Source: Eledone cirrhosa (lineage: Eukaryota). Taken from it: 64,000 nucleotides of DNA. A model generated the notes under the pieces. The model had not been told where the DNA came from, searched no databases, and saw only the letters and a list, made by a program, of their open reading frames with translations. The position numbers and the translations under genes were made by a program. This document shows, piece by piece, positions 16,088 to 31,500 of the stretch. Location of the stretch: NCBI GenBank assembly GCA_964016885.1, contig OZ024740.1, positions 14,446,001-14,510,000 of the forward strand, written 5' to 3'. Position 1 is the stretch's first letter, and every line of letters begins with the position of its first letter.

Positions 16088-19000
16088 ACATACAACACAC
16101 AAGCAGGTAATACATACATCTAGGGCCACATACAACACACAAGCAGGTAATACACACATCTAGCACCACATACAACACACAAACAGGTAGTACATACATC
16201 TAGGGCCACATACAACACACAAGCAGTTAATACATACATCTAGGGCCACATACAACACACAAACAGGTAGTACATACATCTAGGACTACATACAACACAC
16301 AAGCAGGTAGTACACACATCTAGGGCCACATACAACACACAAGCAGGTAGTACACACATCTAGGGCCACATACAACACACAAGAAGGTAGTACATACATC
16401 TAGGGCCACATACAACACACAAGCAGGTAATACATACATCTAGGGCCACATGCAACACAGAAGCAGGTAATACACAGATCTAGGGCCATATACAACACAC
16501 ACGCAGGTAATAAAGACATCTAGCACCACATACAACACACACGCAGGTAATACACACATCTAGGGCCACATACAACACACAAGCAGGTAATACACACATC
16601 TAGGGCCACATACAACACACAAGCAGGTAATACATACATCTAGGGCCACATACAACACACACGCAGATAATACACATATTCTAGGGCCACATACAACACA
16701 CAAGCAGGTAATACATACATCTAGGGCCACATACAACAGACAAGCAGGTAATACACACATCTAGGGCCACATACAACACACAAGCAGGTAATAGAAAACA
16801 TCTAGGGCCACATTCAACACACAAGCAGGTAATACATACATCTAGGGCCACATACAACAAACATGCAGGTAATACACACATCTAGGGCCACATATAACAC
16901 ACACGCAGGTAATACAGACATCTAGCACCACATACAACACACAAGCAGGTAGTACACGCATCTAGGACCACATACAACACACAAGCAGGTAATACAGACA
17001 TCTAGGGCCACATACTACACACAAGCAGGTAATACATACATCTAGGCCACATACAACACACAAGCAGGTAATACATACATCTAGGGCCACATACAACACA
17101 CAAGCAAGTAATACATACATCTAGGGCCACATACAACACACAAGCAGGTAATACATACATCTATGGCCACATACAACACACAAGCAGGTAATACATACAT
17201 CTAGGGCCACATACAACACAAAAGCAGGTAGTACATACATCTGGGGCCACATACAACACACAAGCAGGTAATACAGACATCTAGGGCCACATACAACACA
17301 CAAGTAGGTAATACATACATCTAGGGCCACATACAACACACAAGCAAGTAATACATACATCTAGGGCCACATACAACACACAAGCAGGTAATACACACAT
17401 CTAGGGCCACATACAACACACACGCAGGTAATTCAGACATCTAGCACCACATACAACACACAAGCAGGTAATACATACATCTAGGGCCACATACAACACA
17501 CAAGCAGGTAATACACACATCTAGGGCCACATACAACACACACGCAGGTAATACACACATCTAGGGCCACATACAACACACAAGCAGGTAATACATACAT
17601 CTAGGGCCACATACAACACACAAGCAGGTAATACATACATCTAGGGCCACATACAACACACAAGCAGGTAATACATACATCTAGGTCCACATACAACACA
17701 CAAGCAGGTAATACACACATCTAGGGCCACATACAACACACACGCAGGTAATACATACATCTAGGGCCACATACAACACACAAGCAGGTAGTATATACAA
17801 CTAGGGCCACATACAACACACAAGCAGGTAATACATACATCTAGGGCCACATACAACACACAAGCAGGTAATACATACATCTAGGCCCAGATACAACACA
17901 CAAGCAGGTAATACACACATCTAGGGCCACATACAACACACAAGCAGGTAATACATACATCTAGCGCCACATACAACACACAAGAAGGTAATACACACAT
18001 CTAGGGCCACATACAATACACAAGCAGGTAATACATACATCTAGGGCCACATACAACACACAAGCAGGTAATACATACATCTAGGGCCACATACAACACA
18101 CAAGCAGGTAATACATACATCTAGGGCCACATACAACACACAAGCAGGTAGTACATACATCTAGGGCCACATACAACACACAAACAGGTAATACACACAT
18201 CTAGGGCCACATACAACACACAAGCAGGTAATACATACATCTAGGGCCACATACAACACACAAGCAGGTAATACATACATCTAGGCCCAGATACAACACA
18301 CAAGCAGGTAGTACATACATCTAGGGCCACATACAACACACAAGCAGGTAGTACATACATCTAGGGCCACATGCAACACACAAGCAGGTAATACACACAT
18401 CTAGGGCCACATACAACACACAAGCAGGTAATACATACATCTAGGGCCACATACAACACACAAGCAGGTAATACATACATCTAGGGCCACATACAACACA
18501 CAAGCAGGTAGTACATACATCTAGGGCCACATACAACACACAAGCAGGTAGTACATACATATAGGGCCACATACAACACACAAGCAGGTAATACACACAT
18601 CTAGGGCCACATACAACACACAAGCAGGTAGTACATACATCTAGGGCCACATACAACACACAAGCAGGTAGTACATACATCTAGGGCCACATACAACACA
18701 CAAGCAGGTAATACATACATCTAGGGCCACATACAACACACACGCAGGTAATAAATACATCTAGGGCCACATACAACACACAAGCAGGTAATACATACAT
18801 CTAGGGCCACATACAACACACAAGCAGGTAATACATACATATAGGCCCAGATAGAACACACAAGCAGGTAATACACACAGCTAGGGCCACATACAACACA
18901 CAAGCAGGTAATACACACATCTAGGGCCACATACAACACACAAGCAGGTAATACATACATCTAGGGCCACATACAACACACAAGCAGGTAATACACACAT

Positions 19001-22000
19001 CTAGGGCCACATACAACACACAAGCAGGTAATACACACATCTAGGGCCACATACAACACACAAGCAGGTAATACACACATCTAGGGCCACATACAACACA
19101 CAAGCAGGTAATACACACATCTAGGGCCACATACAACACACAAGCAGGTAATACATACATCTAGGGCCACATACAACACACAAGCATGTAGTACATACAA
19201 CTAGGGCCACACACAACACACAAGCAGGTAATACATACATCTAGGGCCACATACAACACACAAGCAGGTAATACATACATCTAGGGCCAGATACAACACA
19301 CAAGCAGGTAATACATACATCTAGCGCCACATACAACACACAAGCAGGTAGTACATACAACTAGGGCCACATACTACACACAAGCAGGTAGTACATACAT
19401 CTAGGGCCACATACAACACACAAGCAGGTAGTACATACAACTAGGGCCACATACAACACACAAGCAGGTAATACATACATCTAGGGCCACATACAACACA
19501 CAAGCAGGTAATACATACATATAGGCCCAGATACAACACACAAGCAGGTAATACATACATCTAGGGCCACATACAACACACAAGCAGGTAATACACACAT
19601 CTAAGGCCACATACAACACAAACGCAGGTAATACACACATCTAGGGCCACATACAACACACAAGCAGGTAATACATACATCTAGGGCCATATACAACACA
19701 CAAGCAGGTAATACATACATCTAGGGCCACATACTACACACAAGCAGGTAATACATACATCTAGGCCACATACAACACACAAGCAGGTAATACATACATC
19801 TAAGGCCACATACAACACACAAGCAAGTAATACATACATCTAGGGCGACATACAACATACAAGCAGGTAATACATACATCTATGGCCACATACAACACAC
19901 AAGCAGGTAATACATACATATAGGGCCACATACAACACAAAAGCAGGTAGTACATACATCTAGGGCCACATACAACACACAAGCAGGTAATACAGACATC
20001 TAGGGCCACATACAACACACAAGCAGGTAATACACACATCTAGGGCCACATACAACACACACGCAGGTAATACAGACATCTAGCACCACATACAACACAC
20101 AAGCAGGTAATACATACATCTAGGGCCACATACAACACACAAGCAGGTAATACACACATCTAGGGCCACATACAACACACACGCAGGTAATACACACATC
20201 TAGCACCACATACAACACACAAACAGGTAGTACATACATCTAGGGCCACATACAACACACAAGCAGGTAATACACACATCTAGGGCCACATACAACACAC
20301 ACGCAGGTAATACAGACATCTAGCACCACATACAACACACAAGCAGGTAATACATACATCTAGGGTCACATACAACACACAAGCAGGTAATACACACATC
20401 TCGCACCACATACAACACACAAACAGGTAGTACATACATCTAGGGCCATATACAACACACAAGCAGGTAATACAGACATCTAGGGCCACATACAACACAC
20501 AAGCAGGTAGTACACACATCTAGGGCCACATACAACACACAATCAGGTAGTACACACATCTAGGGCCACATACAACACACAAGCAGGTAATACATACATC
20601 TAGGGCCACATACAACACACAAGCAGGTAGTACACACATCTAGGGCCACATACAACACACAAGCAAGTAATACATACATCTAGGGCCACATACAACACAC
20701 AAGCAGGTAATACACACATCTAGCACCACATACAACACACAAACAGGTAGTACATGCATCTAGGGCCACATACAACACACAAGCAGGTAATACAGACATC
20801 TAGGGCCACATACAACACACAAGCAGGTAGTACACACATCTAGGGCCACATACAACACACAAGCAGGTAGTACACACATCTAGGGCCACATACAACACAC
20901 AAGCAGGTAGTACATACAGCTAGGACCACATACAACACACAAGCAGGTAGTACACACATCTAGGGCCACATACAACACACAAGCAGGTAGTACATACATC
21001 TAGGGCCACATACAACACACAAGCAAGTAATACATACATCTAGGGCCACATACAACACACACGCAGGTAATACAGACATCTAGCACCACATACAACACAC
21101 AAGCAGGTAATACATACATCTAGGGCCACATACAACACACAAGCAGGTAATACACACATCTAGCACCACATACAACACACAAACAGGTAGTACATACATC
21201 TAGGGCCACATACAACACACAAGCAGTTAATACATACATCTAGGGCCACATACAACACACAAACAGGTAGTACATACATCTAGGACTACATACAACACAC
21301 AAGCAGGTAGTACACACATCTAGGGCCACATACAACACACAAGCAGGTAGTACACACATCTAGGGCCACATACAACACACAAGAAGGTAGTACATACATC
21401 TAGGGCCACATACAACACACAAGCAGGTAATACATACATCTAGGGCCACATGCAACACAGAAGCAGGTAATACACAGATCTAGGGCCATATACAACACAC
21501 ACGCAGGTAATAAAGACATCTAGCACCACATACAACACACACGCAGGTAATACACACATCTAGGGCCACATACAACACACAAGCAGGTAATACACACATC
21601 TAGGGCCACATACAACACACAAGCAGGTAATACATACATCTAGGGCCACATACAACACACACGCAGATAATACACATATTCTAGGGCCACATACAACACA
21701 CAAGCAGGTAATACATACATCTAGGGCCACATACAACAGACAAGCAGGTAATACACACATCTAGGGCCACATACAACACACAAGCAGGTAATAGAAAACA
21801 TCTAGGGCCACATTCAACACACAAGCAGGTAATACATACATCTAGGGCCACATACAACAAACATGCAGGTAATACACACATCTAGGGCCACATATAACAC
21901 ACACGCAGGTAATACAGACATCTAGCACCACATACAACACACAAGCAGGTAGTACACGCATCTAGGACCACATACAACACACAAGCAGGTAATACAGACA

Positions 22001-25000
22001 TCTAGGGCCACATACTACACACAAGCAGGTAATACATACATCTAGGCCACATACAACACACAAGCAGGTAATACATACATCTAGGGCCACATACAACACA
22101 CAAGCAAGTAATACATACATCTAGGGCCACATACAACACACAAGCAGGTAATACATACATCTATGGCCACATACAACACACAAGCAGGTAATACATACAT
22201 CTAGGGCCACATACAACACAAAAGCAGGTAGTACATACATCTGGGGCCACATACAACACACAAGCAGGTAATACAGACATCTAGGGCCACATACAACACA
22301 CAAGTAGGTAATACATACATCTAGGGCCACATACAACACACAAGCAAGTAATACATACATCTAGGGCCACATACAACACACAAGCAGGTAATACACACAT
22401 CTAGGGCCACATACAACACACACGCAGGTAATTCAGACATCTAGCACCACATACAACACACAAGCAGGTAATACATACATCTAGGGCCACATACAACACA
22501 CAAGCAGGTAATACACACATCTAGGGCCACATACAACACACACGCAGGTAATACACACATCTAGGGCCACATACAACACACAAGCAGGTAATACATACAT
22601 CTAGGGCCACATACAACACACAAGCAGGTAATACATACATCTAGGGCCACATACAACACACAAGCAGGTAATACATACATCTAGGTCCACATACAACACA
22701 CAAGCAGGTAATACACACATCTAGGGCCACATACAACACACACGCAGGTAATACATACATCTAGGGCCACATACAACACACAAGCAGGTAGTATATACAA
22801 CTAGGGCCACATACAACACACAAGCAGGTAATACATACATCTAGGGCCACATACAACACACAAGCAGGTAATACATACATCTAGGCCCAGATACAACACA
22901 CAAGCAGGTAATACACACATCTAGGGCCACATACAACACACAAGCAGGTAATACATACATCTAGCGCCACATACAACACACAAGAAGGTAATACACACAT
23001 CTAGGGCCACATACAATACACAAGCAGGTAATACATACATCTAGGGCCACATACAACACACAAGCAGGTAATACATACATCTAGGGCCACATACAACACA
23101 CAAGCAGGTAATACATACATCTAGGGCCACATACAACACACAAGCAGGTAGTACATACATCTAGGGCCACATACAACACACAAACAGGTAATACACACAT
23201 CTAGGGCCACATACAACACACAAGCAGGTAATACATACATCTAGGGCCACATACAACACACAAGCAGGTAATACATACATCTAGGCCCAGATACAACACA
23301 CAAGCAGGTAGTACATACATCTAGGGCCACATACAACACACAAGCAGGTAGTACATACATCTAGGGCCACATGCAACACACAAGCAGGTAATACACACAT
23401 CTAGGGCCACATACAACACACAAGCAGGTAATACATACATCTAGGGCCACATACAACACACAAGCAGGTAATACATACATCTAGGGCCACATACAACACA
23501 CAAGCAGGTAGTACATACATCTAGGGCCACATACAACACACAAGCAGGTAGTACATACATATAGGGCCACATACAACACACAAGCAGGTAATACACACAT
23601 CTAGGGCCACATACAACACACAAGCAGGTAGTACATACATCTAGGGCCACATACAACACACAAGCAGGTAGTACATACATCTAGGGCCACATACAACACA
23701 CAAGCAGGTAATACATACATCTAGGGCCACATACAACACACACGCAGGTAATAAATACATCTAGGGCCACATACAACACACAAGCAGGTAATACATACAT
23801 CTAGGGCCACATACAACACACAAGCAGGTAATACATACATATAGGCCCAGATAGAACACACAAGCAGGTAATACACACAGCTAGGGCCACATACAACACA
23901 CAAGCAGGTAATACACACATCTAGGGCCACATACAACACACAAGCAGGTAATACATACATCTAGGGCCACATACAACACACAAGCAGGTAATACACACAT
24001 CTAGGGCCACATACAACACACAAGCAGGTAATACACACATCTAGGGCCACATACAACACACAAGCAGGTAATACACACATCTAGGGCCACATACAACACA
24101 CAAGCAGGTAATACACACATCTAGGGCCACATACAACACACAAGCAGGTAATACATACATCTAGGGCCACATACAACACACAAGCATGTAGTACATACAA
24201 CTAGGGCCACACACAACACACAAGCAGGTAATACATACATCTAGGGCCACATACAACACACAAGCAGGTAATACATACATCTAGGGCCAGATACAACACA
24301 CAAGCAGGTAATACATACATCTAGCGCCACATACAACACACAAGCAGGTAGTACATACAACTAGGGCCACATACTACACACAAGCAGGTAGTACATACAT
24401 CTAGGGCCACATACAACACACAAGCAGGTAGTACATACAACTAGGGCCACATACAACACACAAGCAGGTAATACATACATCTAGGGCCACATACAACACA
24501 CAAGCAGGTAATACATACATATAGGCCCAGATACAACACACAAGCAGGTAATACATACATCTAGGGCCACATACAACACACAAGCAGGTAATACACACAT
24601 CTAAGGCCACATACAACACAAACGCAGGTAATACACACATCTAGGGCCACATACAACACACAAGCAGGTAATACATACATCTAGGGCCATATACAACACA
24701 CAAGCAGGTAATACATACATCTAGGGCCACATACTACACACAAGCAGGTAATACATACATCTAGGCCACATACAACACACAAGCAGGTAATACATACATC
24801 TAAGGCCACATACAACACACAAGCAAGTAATACATACATCTAGGGCGACATACAACATACAAGCAGGTAATACATACATCTATGGCCACATACAACACAC
24901 AAGCAGGTAATACATACATATAGGGCCACATACAACACAAAAGCAGGTAGTACATACATCTAGGGCCACATACAACACACAAGCAGGTAATACAGACATC

Positions 25001-25520
25001 TAGGGCCACATACAACACACAAGCAGGTAATACACACATCTAGGGCCACATACAACACACACGCAGGTAATACAGACATCTAGCACCACATACAACACAC
25101 AAGCAGGTAATACATACATCTAGGGCCACATACAACACACAAGCAGGTAATACACACATCTAGGGCCACATACAACACACACGCAGGTAATACACACATC
25201 TAGCACCACATACAACACACAAACAGGTAGTACATACATCTAGGGCCACATACAACACACAAGCAGGTAATACACACATCTAGGGCCACATACAACACAC
25301 ACGCAGGTAATACAGACATCTAGCACCACATACAACACACAAGCAGGTAATACATACATCTAGGGTCACATACAACACACAAGCAGGTAATACACACATC
25401 TCGCACCACATACAACACACAAACAGGTAGTACATACATCTAGGGCCATATACAACACACAAGCAGGTAATACAGACATCTAGGGCCACATACAACACAC
25501 AAGCAGGTAGTACACACATC
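15521..25520 (+). repeat. Tandem duplication, period exactly 5000 bp (125 monomers, two insertions and two deletions): ~15521-20520 and ~20521-25520
   Basis: AATCAGG 15541/20541, GGACTAC 16283/21283, GCATGTA 19184/24184, GGGCGAC 19843/24843. Eight ORF-track pairs are offset by exactly 5000 with identical translations. Confidence 0.95.
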
Positions 25521-28500
25521 TAGGGCCACATACAACACACAAGCAGGTAGTACACACATCTAGGGCCATATACAACACACAAGCAGGTAGTACATACATC
25601 TAGGACCACATACAACACACAAGCAGGTAGTACACACATCTAGGGCCACATACAACACACAAGCAGGTAGTACACACATCTAGGGCCACATACAACACAC
25701 ACGCAGGTAGTACATACATCTAGGACCACATACAACACACAAGCAGGTAATACATACATCTAGCACCACATACAACACACACGCAGGTAGTACATACATC
25801 TAGGGCCACATACAACACACAAGCAGGTAATACATACATCTAGGATCACATACAACACACAAGCAGGTAATACATACATCTAGGACCACATACAACACAC
25901 AAGCAGGTAATACATACATCTAGGGCCACATACAACACACAAGCAGGTAATACATACATCTAGGACCACATACAACACACAAGCAGGTAATACACACATA
26001 TAGGGCCACATACAACACACAAGAAGGTAATACACACATCTAGGGCCACATACAACACACAAGCAGGTAGTACATACATCTAGGGCCACATACAACACAC
26101 AAGCAAATAATACATACATCTAGGGCCACATACAACACACAAGAAGGTAATACATACATCTAGGGCCACATACAACACACAAGCAGGTAATACATACATC
26201 TAGGGCCACATACAACACACAAGCAAGTAATACATACATCTAGGGCCACATACAACACACAAGCAGGTAATACATACATCTAGGACCACATACAACACAC
26301 AAGCAGTTAATACACACATCTAGGGCCACATACAACACACAAGCAGGTAATACACACATCTAGGGCCACATACAACACACGAGCAGGTAGTACATACATC
26401 TAGGGCCACATACAACACACAAGCAGGTAATACAGACATCTAGGGCCACATACTACACACAAGCAGGTAATACATACATCTAGGGCCACATACAACACAC
26501 AAGCAGGTAATACATACATCTAGGGCCACATACAACACACAAGCAGGTAATACATACATCTAGGGTCACATAGAACACACAAGCAGGTAATACATACATC
26601 TAGGACCACATACAACACACAAGCAGGTAATACATACATCTAGGGCCACATACAACACACAAGCAGGTAATACATACATCTAGGGCCACATACAACACAC
26701 AAGCAGGTAATACATACATCTAGGGCCACATACAACACACAAGCAGGTAGTACATACATCTAGGGCCACATACAACACACAAGCAGGTAGTACATACATC
26801 TAGGACCACATACAACACACAAGCAGGTAATACATACATCTAGGGTCACATAGAACACACAAGCAGGTAATACATACATCTAGGACCACATACAACACAC
26901 AAGCAGGTAATACATACATCTAGGGCCACATACAACACACAAGCAGGTAATACATACATCTAGGGCAACATACAACACACAAGCAGGTAATACATACATC
27001 TAGGGCCACATACAACACACAAGCAGGTAATACATACATCTAGGGCCACATACAACACACAAGCAAGTAATACATACATCTAGGGCCACACACAACACAC
27101 AAGCAGGTAATACACACATCTAGGGCCACATACAACACACAAGCAGGTAATACACACATCTAGGGCCACATACAACACACAAGCAGGTAATACAGACATC
27201 TAGGGCCACATACTACACACAAGCAGGTAATACATACATCTAGGCCACATACAACACACAAGCAGGTAATACATACATCTAGGGCCACATACAACACACA
27301 AGCAAGTAATACATACATCTAGGGCCACATACAACACACAAGCAGGTAATACATACATCTATGGCCACATACAACACACAAGCAGGTAATACATACATAT
27401 AGGGCCACATACAACACAAAAGCAGGTAGTACATACATCTAGGGCCACATACAACACACAAGCAGGTAATACAGACATCTAGGGCCACATACAACACACA
27501 AGTAGGTAATACACACATCTAGGGCCACATACAACACACACGCAGGTAATACAGACATCTCGCACCACATACAACACACAAGCAGGTAATACATACATCT
27601 AGGGCCACATACAACACACAAGCAGGTAATACACACATCTAGGGCCACATACAACACACACGCAGGTAATACACACATCTAGCACCACATACAACACACA
27701 AACAGGTAGTACATACATCTAGGGCCACATACAACACACAAGCAGGTAATACACACATCTAGGGCCACATACAACACACACGCAGGTAATACAGACATCT
27801 AGCACCACATACAACACACAAGCAGGTAATACATACATCTAGGGCCACATACAACACACAAGCAAGTAATACATACATCTAGGGCCACACACAACACACA
27901 AGCAGGTAATACACACATCTAGGGCCACATACAACACACAAGCAGGTAATACACACATCTAGGGCCACATACAACACACAAGCAGGTAATACAGACATCT
28001 AGGGCCACATACTACACACAGGCAGGTAATACATACATCTAGGCCACATACAACACACAAGCAGGTAATACATACATCTAGGGCCACATACAACACACAA
28101 GCAAGTAATACATACATCTAGGGCCACATACAACACACAAGCAGGTAATACATACATCTATGGCCACATACAACACACAAGCAGGTAATACATACATATA
28201 GGGCCACATACAACACAAAAGCAGGTAGTACATACATCTAGGGCCACATACAACACACAAGCAGGTAATACAGACATCTAGGGCCACATACAACACACAA
28301 GCAGGTAATACAGACATCTAGCACCACATACAACACACAAGCAGGTAATACATACATCTAGGGCCACATACAACACACAAGCAGGTAATACACACATCTC
28401 GCACCACATACAACACACAAACAGGTAGTACATACATCTAGGGCCATATACAACACACAAGCAGGTAATACAGACATCTAGGGCCACATACAACACACAA

Positions 28501-31500
28501 GCAGGTAGTACACACATCTAGGGCCACATACAACACACAAGCAGGTAGTACACACATCTAGGGCCATATACAACACACAAGCAGGTAGTACATACATCTA
28601 GGACCACATACAACACACAAGCAGGTAGTACACACATCTAGGGCCACATACAACACACAAGCAGGTAATACATACATCTAGGTTCACATACAACACACAC
28701 GCAGGTAGTACATACATCTAGGACCACATACAACACACAAGCAGGAAATACATACATCTAGCACCACATACAACACACACGCAGGTAGTACATACATCTA
28801 GGGCCACATACAACACACAAGCAGGTAATACATACATCTAGGATCACAGACAACACACAAGCAGGTAATACATACATCTAGGATCACAGACAACACACAA
28901 GCAGGTAATACACACATCTAGGGCCACATACAACACACAAGCAGGTAATACACACATCTAGGGCCACATACAACACACAAGCAGGTAATACAGACATCTA
29001 GGGCCACATACTACACACAAGCAGGTAATACATACATCTAGGCCACATACAACACACAAGCAGGTAATACATACATCTAGGGCCACATACAACACACAAG
29101 CAAGTAATACATACATCTAGGGCCACATACAACACACAAGCAGGTAATACATACATCTATGGCCACATACAACACACAAGCAGGTAATACATACATATAG
29201 GGCCACATACAACACAAAAGCAGGTAGTACATACATCTAGGGCTACATACAACACACAAGCAGGTAATACAGACATCTAGGGCCACATACAACACACAAG
29301 CAGGTAATACACACATCTAGGGCCACATACAACACACACGCAGGTAATACAGACATCTAGCACCACATACAACACACAAGCAGGTAATACATACATCTAG
29401 GGCCACATACAACACACAAGCAGGTAATACACACATCTAGGGCCACATACAACACACACGCAGGTAATACACACATCTAGCACCACATACAACACACAAA
29501 CAGGTAGTACATACATCTAGGGCCACATACAACACACAAGCAGGTAATACACACATCTAGGGCCACATACAACACACACGCAGGTAATACAGACATCTAG
29601 CACCACATACAACACACAAGCAGGTAATACATACATCTAGGGCCACATACAACACACAAGCAGGTAATACACACATCTCGCACCACATACAACACACAAA
29701 CAGGTAGTACATACATCTAGGGCCATATACAACACACAAGCAGGTAATACAGACATCTAGGGCCACATACAACACACAAGCAGGTAGTACACACATCTAG
29801 GGCCACATACAACACACAAGCAGGTAGTACACACATCTAGGGCCATATACAACACACAAGCAGGTAGTACATACATCTAGGACCACATACAACACACAAG
29901 CAGGTTGTACACGCATCTAGGGCCACATACAACACACAAGCAGGTAATACATACATCTAGGGCCACATACAACACACACGCAGGTAGTACATACATCTAG
30001 GACCACATACAACACACAAGCAGGTAATACATACATCTAGCACCACATACAACACACACGCAGGTAGTACATACATCTAGGGCCACATACAACACACAAG
30101 CAGGTAATACATACATCTAGGATCACATACAACACACAAGCAGGTAATACATACATCTAGGACCACATACAACACACAAGCAGGTAATACATACATCTAG
30201 GGCCACATACAACACACAAGCAGGTAATACATACATCTAGGACCACATACAACACACAAGCAGGTAATACACACATCTAGGGCCACATACAACACACAAG
30301 CAGGTAGTACACACATCTAGGGCCACATACAACACACAAGCAGGTAGTACATAGATCTAGGGCCACATACAACACACAAGCAAGTAATACATACATCTAG
30401 GGCCACATACAACACACAAGCAGGTAATACATACATCTAGGGCCACATACAACACACAAGCAAGTAATACATACATCTAGGGCCACATACAACACACAAG
30501 CAAGTTATACATACATCTAGGGCCACATACAACACACAAGCAGGTAATACATACATCTAGGACCACATACAACACACAAGCAGGTAATACACACATCTAG
30601 TGCCACATACAACACACAAGCAGGTAATACACACATCTAGGGCCACATACAACACACGAGCAGGTAGTACATACATCTAGGGCCACATACAACACACAAG
30701 CAGGTAATACAGACATCTAGGGCCACATACTACACACAAGCAGGTAATACATACATCTAGGCCACATACAACACACAAGCAGGTAATACATACATCTAGG
30801 GCCACATACAACACACAAGCAAGTAATACATACATCTAGGGCCACATACAACACACAAGCAGGTAATACATACATCTATGGCCACATACAACACACAAGC
30901 AGGTAATACATACATCTAGGGCCACATACAACACAAAAGCAGGTAGTACATACATCTAGGGCCACATACAACACACACGCAGGTAATACATACATCTAGG
31001 GCCACATACAACACACAAGCAGGTAATACATATATCTAGGGCCACATACAACACACAAGCAAGTAATACATACATCTAGGGCCACATACAACACACAAGC
31101 AGGTAATACACACATCTAGGGCCACATACAACACACACGCAGGTAATACACACATCTAGCACCACATACAACACACAAACAGGTAATACATACATCTAGG
31201 GCCACATACAACACACAAGCAGGTAATACACACATCTAGGGCCACATACAACACACACGCAGGTAATACAGACATCTAGCACCACATACAACACACAAGC
31301 AGGTAATACATACATCTAGGGCCACATACAACACACAAGCAGGTAATACACACATCTAGCACCACATACAACACACAAGCAGGTAATACATACATCTAGG
31401 ACCACATACAACACACAAGCAGGTAATACATACATCTAGGGCCACATACAACACACAAGCAGGTAGTACACACATCTAGGGCCACATACAACACACAAGC

